A DNA stretch of 64,000 nt, taken from UHGV virus genome UHGV-1366990; one strand, 5' to 3'. This DNA is from a virus. A program made the translations under genes and the position numbers. Below, piece by piece: positions 44,836-53,900 of the stretch. The notes beneath the pieces are model-generated. The model was given only the letters and a program-made list of their open reading frames with translations, made no database searches and was not told where the DNA came from. Each line of letters starts with the position of its first letter. Within the stretch, counting starts at the first letter, position 1.

Positions 44836-46731
44836 ATGGCAACTCAAAGCTTCAGCGTTGCGCCGTCCGTACAGTGGACTGAGCGTGATGCCACGCTTCA
44901 GACGTCTCCATCCGTTGTTGTTCAGGGTGCGACTGTCGGCAAATTCCAATGGGGTGAAGCAGAACTCCCTGTGTTGGTCACTGGTGGCGAAACTGGTCTG
45001 GTGAAGAAATTCTTCAAGCCAAACGATGCAACTGCCACCGACTTCTTGGTGATTGCTGACTTCCTGTCTTACAGCTCTGTTGCATGGGTGACCCGTGTGG
45101 TCGGTCCGGCGGCACGCAACGCTGTAACCAAAGGTCAGACTGCAATCCTTATCCGCAACAAACTAGACTTCGAAACTGCGTCCCCATCTGCGTCTATTAC
45201 TTGGACAGGCCGCTATGCTGGCTCTCTGGGTAACGACATTGCTGTGAACATCTGTGATGCTGCGCTGTTCCCGACCTGGGAATTTCGTAACAACTTCGCA
45301 TATGCTCCGCAGGCTGGCGAGTACCACATCGCCATCGTTGACAAAGTAGGTCGTATTACCGACTCTTCTGGCGCTGTTAGTCAGGTTGACCGTATCTCTG
45401 TATCCGGTACTGCCACCGCTGCTGGTTCCATCTCTGTTGCTGGTGAAGCCGTGGCGTACACTGACGCTGACACCCCGGCGACTCTGGCGACAAAGATCGG
45501 AACCGCGCTGACGTCTCTGTCTGACGTGTATTCTTCTGTTGTCGTGAAGTCCAACACCGTCACCGTCACCCACAAAGCAATCGGTCCTCAGGCTGCGACT
45601 GCGATTGTTCCAGACGCGAATGGTCTGACTGCTACCGCTGCCGTCACCACTGTTGGTGCTTCCGGTACGATCATCGAGAAGTATGAACTGGTGCAGACCG
45701 CTCAGGGTTCTAAGAAATCTGATGGATCCAATGCGTACTTCAAAGACGTGATCAACGGCACCTCAAATTGGGTGTACACCTTCGCCACTACCCTGGCTGC
45801 TGGTGTCATTGAACTCGAAGGTGGTGTAGACGATTACACTGGGAACCGTGTTGCGGCTATCCAGGCACTGAACAACGCCGAAGCGTATGATGCCAAGCCA
45901 GTGTTCGGTTTCTGTGAAGAACTGATTGAGCAGCAGGCACTGATCGACCTGTCCACCGAGCGTAAAGACACAGTGTCCTTTGTGTCTCCTCTTCGCGATA
46001 CGGTCGTCGGAAACCGTGGCCGTGAGATGGATGATGTTGTGGCCTGGCGTGAAAGCCTTGTTCGCGACTCCTCCTACTTCTTCATGGATGACAACTGGGC
46101 GTATGTGTACGACAAGTACAACGACAAAATGCGTTGGATTCCGGCTTGTGGCGGCACCGCAGGTGTTTGGGCGCGAAGCATTGAAATCGCGGGTATCTAC
46201 AAGTCTCCAGCGTTCCATAACCGTGGTAAATACAACAACTATAATCGAATGGCGTGGTCTGCGTCTTCTGATGAGCGTGCTGTGCTGTATCGCAACCAGA
46301 TCAACAGCATCGTCACCTTCTCCAACGAAGGCATCGTGTTGTACGGCGACAAGACTGGCCTGACCCGCCCATCGGCGTTCGACCGCATCAACGTTCGTGG
46401 TCTGTTCATTATGGCAGAGCAGAATATCGCAGCCATCGCCAAATACTACCTTGGTGAGAACAACGATGCATTCACTCGTGGGTTGTTCAGCAACGCTGTC
46501 CGCCCATATATCCGCCAGTTGGCCAACATGGGCGCGATCTATGACGGGATGGTGAAGTGTGACGAGGACAACAACACCGCTGATGTTATCGCTGCGAACC
46601 AGATGGTCGCGGGTATCTGGCTGAAACCAGAATACTCCATCAACTGGGTGTATCTGGACTTTGCTGCGGTACGTCCGGACATGGAGTTCAGCGAGATCGA
46701 AACTGGCGGTGGCATCGTAGCCGCTTCTTAA
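44836..46731 (+). CDS. gp18: tail sheath protein (gp18-like)
   Basis: 631 aa; N-terminus MATQSFSVAPSVQWTERDATLQTSP typical of contractile sheath; GAAGGA RBS; follows terminase as in T4. Confidence 0.9.
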   Translation: MATQSFSVAPSVQWTERDATLQTSPSVVVQGATVGKFQWGEAELPVLVTGGETGLVKKFFKPNDATATDFLVIADFLSYSSVAWVTRVVGPAARNAVTKGQTAILIRNKLDFETASPSASITWTGRYAGSLGNDIAVNICDAALFPTWEFRNNFAYAPQAGEYHIAIVDKVGRITDSSGAVSQVDRISVSGTATAAGSISVAGEAVAYTDADTPATLATKIGTALTSLSDVYSSVVVKSNTVTVTHKAIGPQAATAIVPDANGLTATAAVTTVGASGTIIEKYELVQTAQGSKKSDGSNAYFKDVINGTSNWVYTFATTLAAGVIELEGGVDDYTGNRVAAIQALNNAEAYDAKPVFGFCEELIEQQALIDLSTERKDTVSFVSPLRDTVVGNRGREMDDVVAWRESLVRDSSYFFMDDNWAYVYDKYNDKMRWIPACGGTAGVWARSIEIAGIYKSPAFHNRGKYNNYNRMAWSASSDERAVLYRNQINSIVTFSNEGIVLYGDKTGLTRPSAFDRINVRGLFIMAEQNIAAIAKYYLGENNDAFTRGLFSNAVRPYIRQLANMGAIYDGMVKCDEDNNTADVIAANQMVAGIWLKPEYSINWVYLDFAAVRPDMEFSEIETGGGIVAAS

Positions 46732-46773
46732 TTTACTCCATGCCCTCTTCGGAGGGCATATTGAGGTATTGTT

Positions 46774-47076
46774 ATGAAAAGTTTTTCTCAATTTTTAGCA
46801 GAAGCAGGTCTAAAAGGTGACCTTCAGAAAGTTAAAGACTCCGTGATTGAATGGTTGGAAGACCAAGATGTAAGGCTCAAAAAGGGTGATATCGAAAATG
46901 GAGTATTTGGAGATTTCTTCCGCATAACCATTGATGATTTTGAATATACATATAATGGCAAAGAGATTAAAGTATTCGACCTGAAGAAAGATAAACAGGT
47001 TGTTAGCAAGGCTGCTGGAACTCGAGAAGCCCCAGGTGAACTCGGTAAATTGTTTAAGAAATACAGCAAAGTGTAA
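46774..47076 (+). CDS. hypothetical protein (100 aa)
   Basis: GAGG RBS; followed by strong terminator. Confidence 0.5.
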   Translation: MKSFSQFLAEAGLKGDLQKVKDSVIEWLEDQDVRLKKGDIENGVFGDFFRITIDDFEYTYNGKEIKVFDLKKDKQVVSKAAGTREAPGELGKLFKKYSKV

Positions 47077-47080
47077 CAAG

Positions 47081-47110
47081 ACCCCGCTTCGGCGGGGTTT
47101 TAAATTTTTC
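47081..47110 (+). terminator. intrinsic terminator ACCCCGCTTCGGCGGGGTTTT
   Basis: Perfect GC hairpin with TTCG loop and T-run. Confidence 0.6.
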
Positions 47111-47131
47111 CAGATTATTTTATTGAATTAC

Positions 47132-47159
47132 TTTACTTCTTCAATAACTCACGTATAAT
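47132..47159 (+). promoter_or_regulatory. sigma70-type early promoter (-35 TTTACT, 16 nt, -10 TATAAT) with conserved leader
   Basis: Second copy of the conserved promoter/leader element. Confidence 0.4.
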
Positions 47160-47207
47160 TCTAAACATAAGCAGTACGACACCAACTTGAAACGAAGGAT
47201 CTATATC

Positions 47208-47564
47208 ATGACCAAGACCGAAATTAACGCTATCCTGAAAGAAATCGGCCTCTGTAACCTGAAACGCCGCATCAATCCTTACCAGCCTGCAAAGCCAGTA
47301 CGCGACAGCCAGGGAAAGATGATAAAAGGGATCTACTGTGCAGATGTTGGTCCAATGACGGTGACCAGTCCACACATTGACAGATTTAACGCTATTGTTG
47401 GGGAGTTTTGTGGTAAGGTTCTGGGTAAACTGTCTAATGATTTATGCTCCCCAGATACCAAAGTTGTAGCTTTCGGGAGCCACCTCGTCACCTTCCACCT
47501 CACCACCTTCCGTACCCACGGTGATTATCATGTGTATTATGCTCAGGTTAGCATTCGCAAATAG
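47208..47564 (+). CDS. hypothetical protein (118 aa)
   Basis: ATG inside conserved GAAGGATCTATATCATG context (track start 47187 is TTG). Confidence 0.5.
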   Translation: MTKTEINAILKEIGLCNLKRRINPYQPAKPVRDSQGKMIKGIYCADVGPMTVTSPHIDRFNAIVGEFCGKVLGKLSNDLCSPDTKVVAFGSHLVTFHLTTFRTHGDYHVYYAQVSIRK

Positions 47565-47570
47565 TAGTTT

Positions 47571-47598
47571 ACCCCGCTGAGGCGGGGTTTTAGTTTTC
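47571..47598 (+). terminator. intrinsic terminator ACCCCGCTGAGGCGGGGTTTT
   Basis: GC hairpin and T-run. Confidence 0.55.
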
Positions 47599-47602
47599 CA
47601 GT

Positions 47603-47878
47603 TCATACCGGATAAGACCACACCCCCCCCCAGATACACCCCAACCCGGTTTCTATCGCCAGTATATCCTCTGTTTTACCTTCTACATTGTATCCAAGTT
47701 TAAGGAATTTCTCTTTCCTGAGTTTACTATCAACCCAAGATCGGCATTCAGTTTCGGTCGTCGGGTTGTTATCCAACAAACCCGGATTGCGTTTCATCGT
47801 CCCCAGCATGAATGATTTACATTCGTCACTACAATACAACGCAGCCTTCCTGGTTGGGTGAACGGTTTGTGACAGCAT
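47603..47878 (-). pseudogene. internally deleted remnant of a homing-endonuclease-like gene (inverted paralog of 53901..55373)
   Basis: N-term RKAALYCSDECKSF and C-term GYNVEGKTEDILAIETGLGCIWG match both ends of the 490-aa protein; no RBS; contains G9 tract. Confidence 0.45.
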
Positions 47879-47952
47879 GAACAATTTTTATCGGGGAATG
47901 GCATAATAAATATCCTCACTTTGGAGTATTTTAACCCCCATTTATTTCAAAA

Positions 47953-47960
47953 CTAAATAT
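47953..47960 (+). promoter_or_regulatory. late-promoter-like motif CTAAATAT
   Basis: 26 nt upstream of tail tube ATG. Confidence 0.4.
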
Positions 47961-47985
47961 TTACACTATTCAGAGGAGAACGACC

Positions 47986-48519
47986 ATGGCTACAGTTAAT
48001 GAATTCAGAGCAGCTATGTCACGCGGGGGCGGCGTTCAGCGCCAACACCGTTGGCGTGTGACTGTTAACTTCCCTTCCTTCGTGGCTGGAAGCGATACTA
48101 TCCGTGATGTTTCGCTGTTGGCGGTGACCACAAATACCCCAACAGGCCAGCTCGGGGAAATACTCGTCCCATGGGGTGGTCGTGAACTTCCATTCCCAGG
48201 CGACCGTCGTTTCGAGGCTCTGCCTGTGACGTTCATCAACGTCGTGGACAACGCTCCGTACAACGCATTCGAAGTCTGGCAGCAGTATATCAACGGCAGC
48301 AACAACAACCGTGCGTCTGCTAACCCAGATGATTATTTCCGTGATGTAATCATGGAACTGCTGGATGCTAACGACAACGTCACCAAGACCTGGACCCTTC
48401 AGGGCACCTGGCCTCAGAACCTCGGTCAGCTGGAACTGGACATGTCTGCAATGGACTCTTATACTCAGTTCACTGTTGACCTGCGTTACTTCCAGGCCAT
48501 TTCAGACAAGTCTCTCTAA
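47986..48519 (+). CDS. gp19: tail tube protein (gp19-like)
   Basis: 177 aa; AGAGGAGAA RBS; follows sheath as in T4. Confidence 0.8.
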   Translation: MATVNEFRAAMSRGGGVQRQHRWRVTVNFPSFVAGSDTIRDVSLLAVTTNTPTGQLGEILVPWGGRELPFPGDRRFEALPVTFINVVDNAPYNAFEVWQQYINGSNNNRASANPDDYFRDVIMELLDANDNVTKTWTLQGTWPQNLGQLELDMSAMDSYTQFTVDLRYFQAISDKSL

Positions 48520-48585
48520 TGTCCTCAGTGCTGGGGGATCTTTATTCCCCCTCACTAATTACAAGAAAATGTTGAGGACTTAATC

Positions 48586-50280
48586 ATGGCATTCGGTAAT
48601 GGTGCATTCGGAAATGGGTTCTTCGGCTTGTTCGGCAGAGGCGGCAAAGTAGAAGCGCCGATTGATACCGACAAGATGGTCACGAACCAAGAAGAGAAGT
48701 TGCTTTCAAAAGCGACTGTTGTTGCGCTGGACGATTCTCAGGATGGTTCCATCATCCTCCAGGGCGGCGCGAACACATTCAATTTCGTTGGTGTTGAGAA
48801 TGAGTTGCTCAACGTCAAACAGCTGGTCGAAGAGTACCAGTCTATGGCTCAGCAGCCTGAGATTCGTAAGGCTGTGGATATCATTGTCAACGACATCGTC
48901 ACCTGTGAAGAGGAAGAGACTCCTGTAACCATCAACCTGGAAAAGGTGGATGGCGTCACAAACGAAGTCAAAGAGAAGATCACTGACGCATTCAAAGAGA
49001 TCATGCATCTCCTTGACTTTGACAACACGGCGTATCAGAAGATCCGCAAATGGTATATTGAAGGCCGTCAGGCATTCCACGTTGTGGTGGACCCGAAGAA
49101 CAAGAAAGCGGGTATCGCCAAACTCATCATGATGGACTCACGCTGTATCCGTCCTGTATACATCGTTCAAAAGGCGATGCGCGACGGTATCGAAGTCATC
49201 AATGACGTAAAACTTCAATACTACTACAACCCGAACTACAACCGCAACCAATTCACTGGCCAGTCCGGAACGTCTCAGAACTTCCAACCGTCACAGCAAG
49301 AGCTGGTGTTTGATGATGAGAGCATAGTGTATCTGGACAGTGGTGAAGAGCCTCTGGCGAATGGGGTTGTGCCAAGCCTGCTGAACCCAGCTATCCGTCC
49401 CCTGAACAACCTTGTTACAACTGAAGATGCAACGGTGATCTATGCGATCACACGTGCTCCTGAGAAGCGAGCGTTCTATCTCGACGTGGGTACGCTGGGT
49501 AAGAAGTCGGCCGAAGAATACATGCAAGCCATGATGGGCAAATTCAAGAACCGTCTGGCGTATGATCGCACCACTGGTAAGGTGGCTGGTAACACTCATT
49601 TGATGGGCATCGCTGAGGACTACTGGTTACCACGTCGCGAAGGGCAGAACGCAACCGAGATCTCCAACGTAGGCGGTGGCGATCAACTGGGTCAAATGGA
49701 TCATGTGGTATACTTCCGCGAGAAGCTCTACGAGGCTCTGATGATCCCTAAGAGCCGCCTGCAAGAGGAAGGTTCCATCAACATCGGTGGTTCCAATCTT
49801 GCTGAAATCACACAGGAAGAACTGCGCTTCAACAAGTTCTGTGCGAGCCTGCGCCGTCGTTATTCTTCTGGTATCTTCCTGGAACTTCTGCGCCGTCAAC
49901 TGATATTGAAAGGCATTACAGATCAGGCTGACTGGAATGAGAAGATCAAGCCGTTCGTCAAGTTCGAATTCACTTCTGACAGCTTCATCCGTGAACAACA
50001 AGAGAACGAAATCTTGTCACAGCGTATGGCGGCTCTCGGTCAGATCGAACCATATATCGGCACTCTCTTCTCTATCGATTTTGCTCAACGCAATTTGCTG
50101 CGTATGTCCGATGAAGACATCAAAGACCAGCAAGAGAAGATCGCGAAAGAGAAGAAAGAAGGCAAATACCCTGAAGTGCAGGCAGATGAGTCCGGCGGCT
50201 TCGGCAGCGGGGAAGTCAGTCCACTGAAATTCAGACCTAACGTCATCCCAGCGACTAACCCTCCTGGTGGTGAAGAATAA
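48586..50280 (+). CDS. gp20: portal vertex protein (gp20-like)
   Basis: 564 aa; GAGGA RBS; position between tube and prohead core genes as in T4. Confidence 0.9.
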   Translation: MAFGNGAFGNGFFGLFGRGGKVEAPIDTDKMVTNQEEKLLSKATVVALDDSQDGSIILQGGANTFNFVGVENELLNVKQLVEEYQSMAQQPEIRKAVDIIVNDIVTCEEEETPVTINLEKVDGVTNEVKEKITDAFKEIMHLLDFDNTAYQKIRKWYIEGRQAFHVVVDPKNKKAGIAKLIMMDSRCIRPVYIVQKAMRDGIEVINDVKLQYYYNPNYNRNQFTGQSGTSQNFQPSQQELVFDDESIVYLDSGEEPLANGVVPSLLNPAIRPLNNLVTTEDATVIYAITRAPEKRAFYLDVGTLGKKSAEEYMQAMMGKFKNRLAYDRTTGKVAGNTHLMGIAEDYWLPRREGQNATEISNVGGGDQLGQMDHVVYFREKLYEALMIPKSRLQEEGSINIGGSNLAEITQEELRFNKFCASLRRRYSSGIFLELLRRQLILKGITDQADWNEKIKPFVKFEFTSDSFIREQQENEILSQRMAALGQIEPYIGTLFSIDFAQRNLLRMSDEDIKDQQEKIAKEKKEGKYPEVQADESGGFGSGEVSPLKFRPNVIPATNPPGGEE

Positions 50281-50317
50281 TTCGACTAAGTATAGAAAAC
50301 ATTTAGAGGATATGAAC

Positions 50318-50488
50318 ATGGCTGCTATCGATCTGGTAAAAGCAATCATCGCTGGTGATACTGATGCCGCTGCTGCTGAATGCGAAATGGAGCTATCCGC
50401 TCGCGCCCAAGAACTGGTCCAGCAGGGTACTGAATATGTCTTGAACTCCCTGAGCCAAGACATGGGTCCTTTCGGCGACGACCAGTAA
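50318..50488 (+). CDS. small acidic prohead core protein (gp67-like)
   Basis: 56 aa from ATG with AGAGGA RBS; track start 50267 would overlap portal gene. Confidence 0.45.
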   Translation: MAAIDLVKAIIAGDTDAAAAECEMELSARAQELVQQGTEYVLNSLSQDMGPFGDDQ

Positions 50489-50500
50489 GAGGAATGTATC

Positions 50501-50806
50501 ATGGAAATCGAAGAAGTTGCAACGTTCGCTGATTTCCTGGCTTCCCGCATGGATGAGCAGAAAGTCATTGACAAGGTGAACGCAAAAGGCAAACGCCGTC
50601 GCCGTCTGCAGTGTGCTCCTGGTTTCAAACTGTCTGCGGATGGTTCCCGTTGTGAGGTGATGGTCGCCAGTGAGCGCCGTACTCGCAAGCTGGGCAACCG
50701 CAAGGCGATCCGAGCCAAGAAACGCATGGGTATGGGATACCAACGCAAAATCGAGCGTCGTAAGAAAAAAGCAATGAAGTTCCGTCGTATGATGGGACTG
50801 AGTTAA
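50501..50806 (+). CDS. basic prohead core / internal protein (gp68-like)
   Basis: 101 aa; Arg/Lys-rich C-terminal half; AAGAGGA RBS. Confidence 0.5.
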   Translation: MEIEEVATFADFLASRMDEQKVIDKVNAKGKRRRRLQCAPGFKLSADGSRCEVMVASERRTRKLGNRKAIRAKKRMGMGYQRKIERRKKKAMKFRRMMGLS

Positions 50807-50813
50807 GGAGCGA

Positions 50814-51482
50814 ATGATGAAACTGTTGCGTGAGATCACTGCGATAGGGAAAGACCTTCAGATTGGTGAAGCGGCCACGGCTACTGGCGGCAAAGCCATG
50901 TACATCGAAGGTCCATTCGTGATGTGTAACCAGGTGAACCGTAATGGTCGCAACTACGATCTCCAAAAGGTGGGTATCCCTGCTGTCGAAGCATACGACA
51001 AAGAGTATATCCAGGATCGTCGTGCAATCGGTGAACTCAAGCATCCGGATTATCCTTTCCCCGATATCGAACACGCTGCACTCAAAACCGAATCTTTGCG
51101 CTGGGAAGGCACCAACGCTATCGGTCGAGCGCGGATCCTGAATACACCGAAAGGTCAGATCATTCGTGCTCTGGCTGAAGCAGACTTCAACCTGGCCGTG
51201 TCTACACGTGGCCTTGGTGAGACCAAGTCAGTGAACGGCTATGATGACGTTCAACCCGGCTTTATGCTCACTGCTGTTGATGCAGTCGACCGTCCTTCTG
51301 GACAAGTTTGTTATGTAAAGGCTGTGAGCGAATCTGTGGAATGGCAGCTTGATGAATCTTCAGGAATTTGGGTTCCTAAGGACATTAAGGGGCATGTGGT
51401 CGATTCATTGGTGAAAACCAATATTCAGTTAGAAGACGACTTCCTGCGCCGCCTCGATATCGCATTGAAACATCTGGGCTGA
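50814..51482 (+). CDS. gp21: prohead core protease (gp21-like)
   Basis: YIEGPFVMCNQVNRNGRNY...AIGELKHPDYP parallels T4 gp21 YIEGIFMQAEVVNRNKRLY...ALGELNHPPR. Confidence 0.85.
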   Translation: MMKLLREITAIGKDLQIGEAATATGGKAMYIEGPFVMCNQVNRNGRNYDLQKVGIPAVEAYDKEYIQDRRAIGELKHPDYPFPDIEHAALKTESLRWEGTNAIGRARILNTPKGQIIRALAEADFNLAVSTRGLGETKSVNGYDDVQPGFMLTAVDAVDRPSGQVCYVKAVSESVEWQLDESSGIWVPKDIKGHVVDSLVKTNIQLEDDFLRRLDIALKHLG

Positions 51483-51493
51483 ATTCAGCCTCA

Positions 51494-51501
51494 CTAAATA
51501 C
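51494..51501 (+). promoter_or_regulatory. late-promoter-like motif CTAAATAC
   Basis: 27 nt upstream of scaffold gene ATG. Confidence 0.4.
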
Positions 51502-51527
51502 TGAAAATCGTTCAGAAGGAAACAATC

Positions 51528-52382
51528 ATGAAACCTGAATTGCAAAAACTGTTTGAGGGCGTTAACGGCCTCAGCACCGACTTCCTGGATAAAGTGTCTG
51601 GTCTGCTGGAATCTAAAGTAGAAGCCGCTCGCCTGACCGCTATTCAAGAAACCGAAAACGCTGCCAATATTGAGCGCCTGCGTCTGGTTGAAGCTCATCA
51701 GGCTGAGATTGCTCAGCTGAAAGAGTCTCACTTGATGGAAATCGCGACCAAAGTCGATGGCTTCCTGAATGCTGTTGTAGAAGAGTGGGCTAACAAGAAC
51801 GCTCCTGCAATCGATGCTCAGATCAAACGTGAAGCGGCTGAAAATCTGCTGACTGGCCTGACTGGTGTTCTGAAAGAAGCTGGTATCAACTTTGCCACCG
51901 ACGAAAACGGCCAGATCGCTGCGCTGACTGCCCGCCTGACCGAAGCAGAACGACGTGCTGCGATTGCCGAAAGCGAAAACCGTCAAATCAAAGAAGCCGC
52001 GAATGCGACTCTGCGTGACTCTGTGATCGCCCGTATCTGTGAAGGTATGGTCGACACCAAGAAAGCAACGGTTGTCAATCTGCTGGAAGCTGTGCAGTTC
52101 ACCACCGAAAGCGAATTCGCTTCCCGCGTACACACCTTCCGCAACCTGGTAGAAGGTAAGTCCGTGAAGAAAGAAGGCGATGACGATGACGATGACTTCC
52201 AGGACAAAGTCGGCGGAAAAGACGGCGATGACGACAACAAAGATGTTAAAGTCGAAGAAGGCAAAAAGTCTAAGAAAGAAGGCGATGAAGATGACGATGA
52301 AGATGAAACAGACAAAGAGCTGAAAGAATCTATCAAGCGTCAGTTAGCCGACTATAATCGTCGCTTCGGCATCAACGGCTAA
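51528..52382 (+). CDS. gp22: prohead scaffolding protein (gp22-like)
   Basis: 284 aa; helical Ala/Glu/Leu-rich with highly acidic C-terminal region; between protease and capsid genes. Confidence 0.8.
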   Translation: MKPELQKLFEGVNGLSTDFLDKVSGLLESKVEAARLTAIQETENAANIERLRLVEAHQAEIAQLKESHLMEIATKVDGFLNAVVEEWANKNAPAIDAQIKREAAENLLTGLTGVLKEAGINFATDENGQIAALTARLTEAERRAAIAESENRQIKEAANATLRDSVIARICEGMVDTKKATVVNLLEAVQFTTESEFASRVHTFRNLVEGKSVKKEGDDDDDDFQDKVGGKDGDDDNKDVKVEEGKKSKKEGDEDDDEDETDKELKESIKRQLADYNRRFGING

Positions 52383-52473
52383 TTTTAGCAGCCACAGCCC
52401 TCGAAAGGGGGCTTGATTTTGAACTACTAAGTAATTTCAACTTAACTGAATATCAATGTAAGGAATGACCATC

Positions 52474-53796
52474 ATGGCTAAGAAACTTGTTACCGAACAA
52501 ATGCGCGAGCAGTGGCTGCCAGTTCTTCAGAAAGAATCTGAAAGCATCCAGCCGCTTTCTGCCGAAAACGTTGCCGTCCGTCTGCTGCAAAACCAGGCTG
52601 AGTGGAACGCCAAAAACCTGGGCGAATCCGACGCTCCTGGCTCCGTGAACGCCTCTGTGGGCAAATGGCAGCCAGTCCTGATCGACATGGCCAAACGTCT
52701 GGCTCCGGTCAACATCGCGATGGACTTCTTCGGTGTTCAGCCGCTGTCTGGTCCTGACGGTCAGATCTTCGCACTGCGTGCTCGCCAGGGCGTTGCAGAC
52801 GGCTCCAACACTGCCCAGTCCCGCGCTGAGCTGTTCATGAACGAAGCCAACTCCGGTTACTCCGGTGACGACACTGCACAGGCTGGCGACCCATCTGGCT
52901 TCTCCCAGACTGAGATCGAAGGTTCCGGCGCTGCTACCACCACCATCGGTAAAGGTATGTCAACTGCCGACGCTGAACTGCTGGGCACCACCACCAACCC
53001 ATGGGCACGTGTTGGTATCACCGTTCAGAAAGCAACCGTGACTGCGAAGTCTCGCGGCCTGTACGCTGACTACAGCCACGAACTGCGCCAGGACATGATG
53101 GCGATCCACGGCGAAGACGTTGACAGCATCCTGTCCGACGTGATGGTAACTGAAATTCAGGCAGAGATGAACCGTGAGTTTATCCGCACCATGAACTTCA
53201 GCGCAGTACGCTTCAAAAAATTCGGCACCAACGGTATCGTAGACATCTCCACTGACATCTCCGGTCGTTGGGCGCTGGAAAAATGGAAGTACATGACTTT
53301 CATGCTGGAAGTTGAAGCGAACGGCATCGGTGTTGACACCCGTCGTGGTAAAGGCAACCGTGTTCTGTGTTCTCCGAACGTAGCGTCTGCCCTGGCGATG
53401 TCCGGCATGCTGGATTATGCTCCGGCACTGCAGGAAAACACCAAGCTGGCGATTGATCCGACTGGCCAGACCTTCGCTGGTGTGCTGTCTAACGGTATGC
53501 GTGTCTACATCGACCCGTATGCAGTAGCAGAATACATCACCCTGGCATACAAAGGCGCAACCGCGCTGGACGCTGGTATCTTCTTCGCACCGTATGTGCC
53601 GCTGGAAATGTACCGCACCCAGGGTGAAACCACCTTCGCACCACGTATGGCGTTCAAGACCCGCTACGGGATTTGTGCTAACCCATTCGTTCAGATCCCA
53701 GCGAACCAGGATCCACAGGTCTATGTGACTGCGGATGGTATCGCCAAGGACACCAACGTGTACTTCCGTAAAGGGCTGATCAAAGGCCTGTTCTAA
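52474..53796 (+). CDS. gp23: major capsid protein (gp23-like)
   Basis: PVNIAMDFFGVQPLSGPDGQIFALRARQG and C-terminal KTRYGICANPFV..YFRKGLIKGLF match T4 gp23; AGGA 9 nt before ATG 52474. Confidence 0.93.
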   Translation: MAKKLVTEQMREQWLPVLQKESESIQPLSAENVAVRLLQNQAEWNAKNLGESDAPGSVNASVGKWQPVLIDMAKRLAPVNIAMDFFGVQPLSGPDGQIFALRARQGVADGSNTAQSRAELFMNEANSGYSGDDTAQAGDPSGFSQTEIEGSGAATTTIGKGMSTADAELLGTTTNPWARVGITVQKATVTAKSRGLYADYSHELRQDMMAIHGEDVDSILSDVMVTEIQAEMNREFIRTMNFSAVRFKKFGTNGIVDISTDISGRWALEKWKYMTFMLEVEANGIGVDTRRGKGNRVLCSPNVASALAMSGMLDYAPALQENTKLAIDPTGQTFAGVLSNGMRVYIDPYAVAEYITLAYKGATALDAGIFFAPYVPLEMYRTQGETTFAPRMAFKTRYGICANPFVQIPANQDPQVYVTADGIAKDTNVYFRKGLIKGLF

Positions 53797-53822
53797 TCGA
53801 ACAGTTGTCCTTAACCCTGACA

Positions 53823-53848
53823 AACCCCGCTTCGGCGGGGTTTTTATT
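53823..53848 (+). terminator. intrinsic terminator AACCCCGCTTCGGCGGGGTTTTTATTT after capsid gene
   Basis: Perfect hairpin and T-run. Confidence 0.6.
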
Positions 53849-53900
53849 TGTTCATATTATCGAACAGGTTATACTAGATACCATATGGAGGAGAATAATT

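Noticed and set aside
45763-46791. 342-aa minus-strand ORF antisense to the tail sheath gene
   Set aside because: Antisense to a high-confidence gene; His/Arg/Val-rich; no RBS
52960-53823. 287-aa minus-strand ORF antisense to the major capsid gene
   Set aside because: Antisense to the best-supported gene in the window
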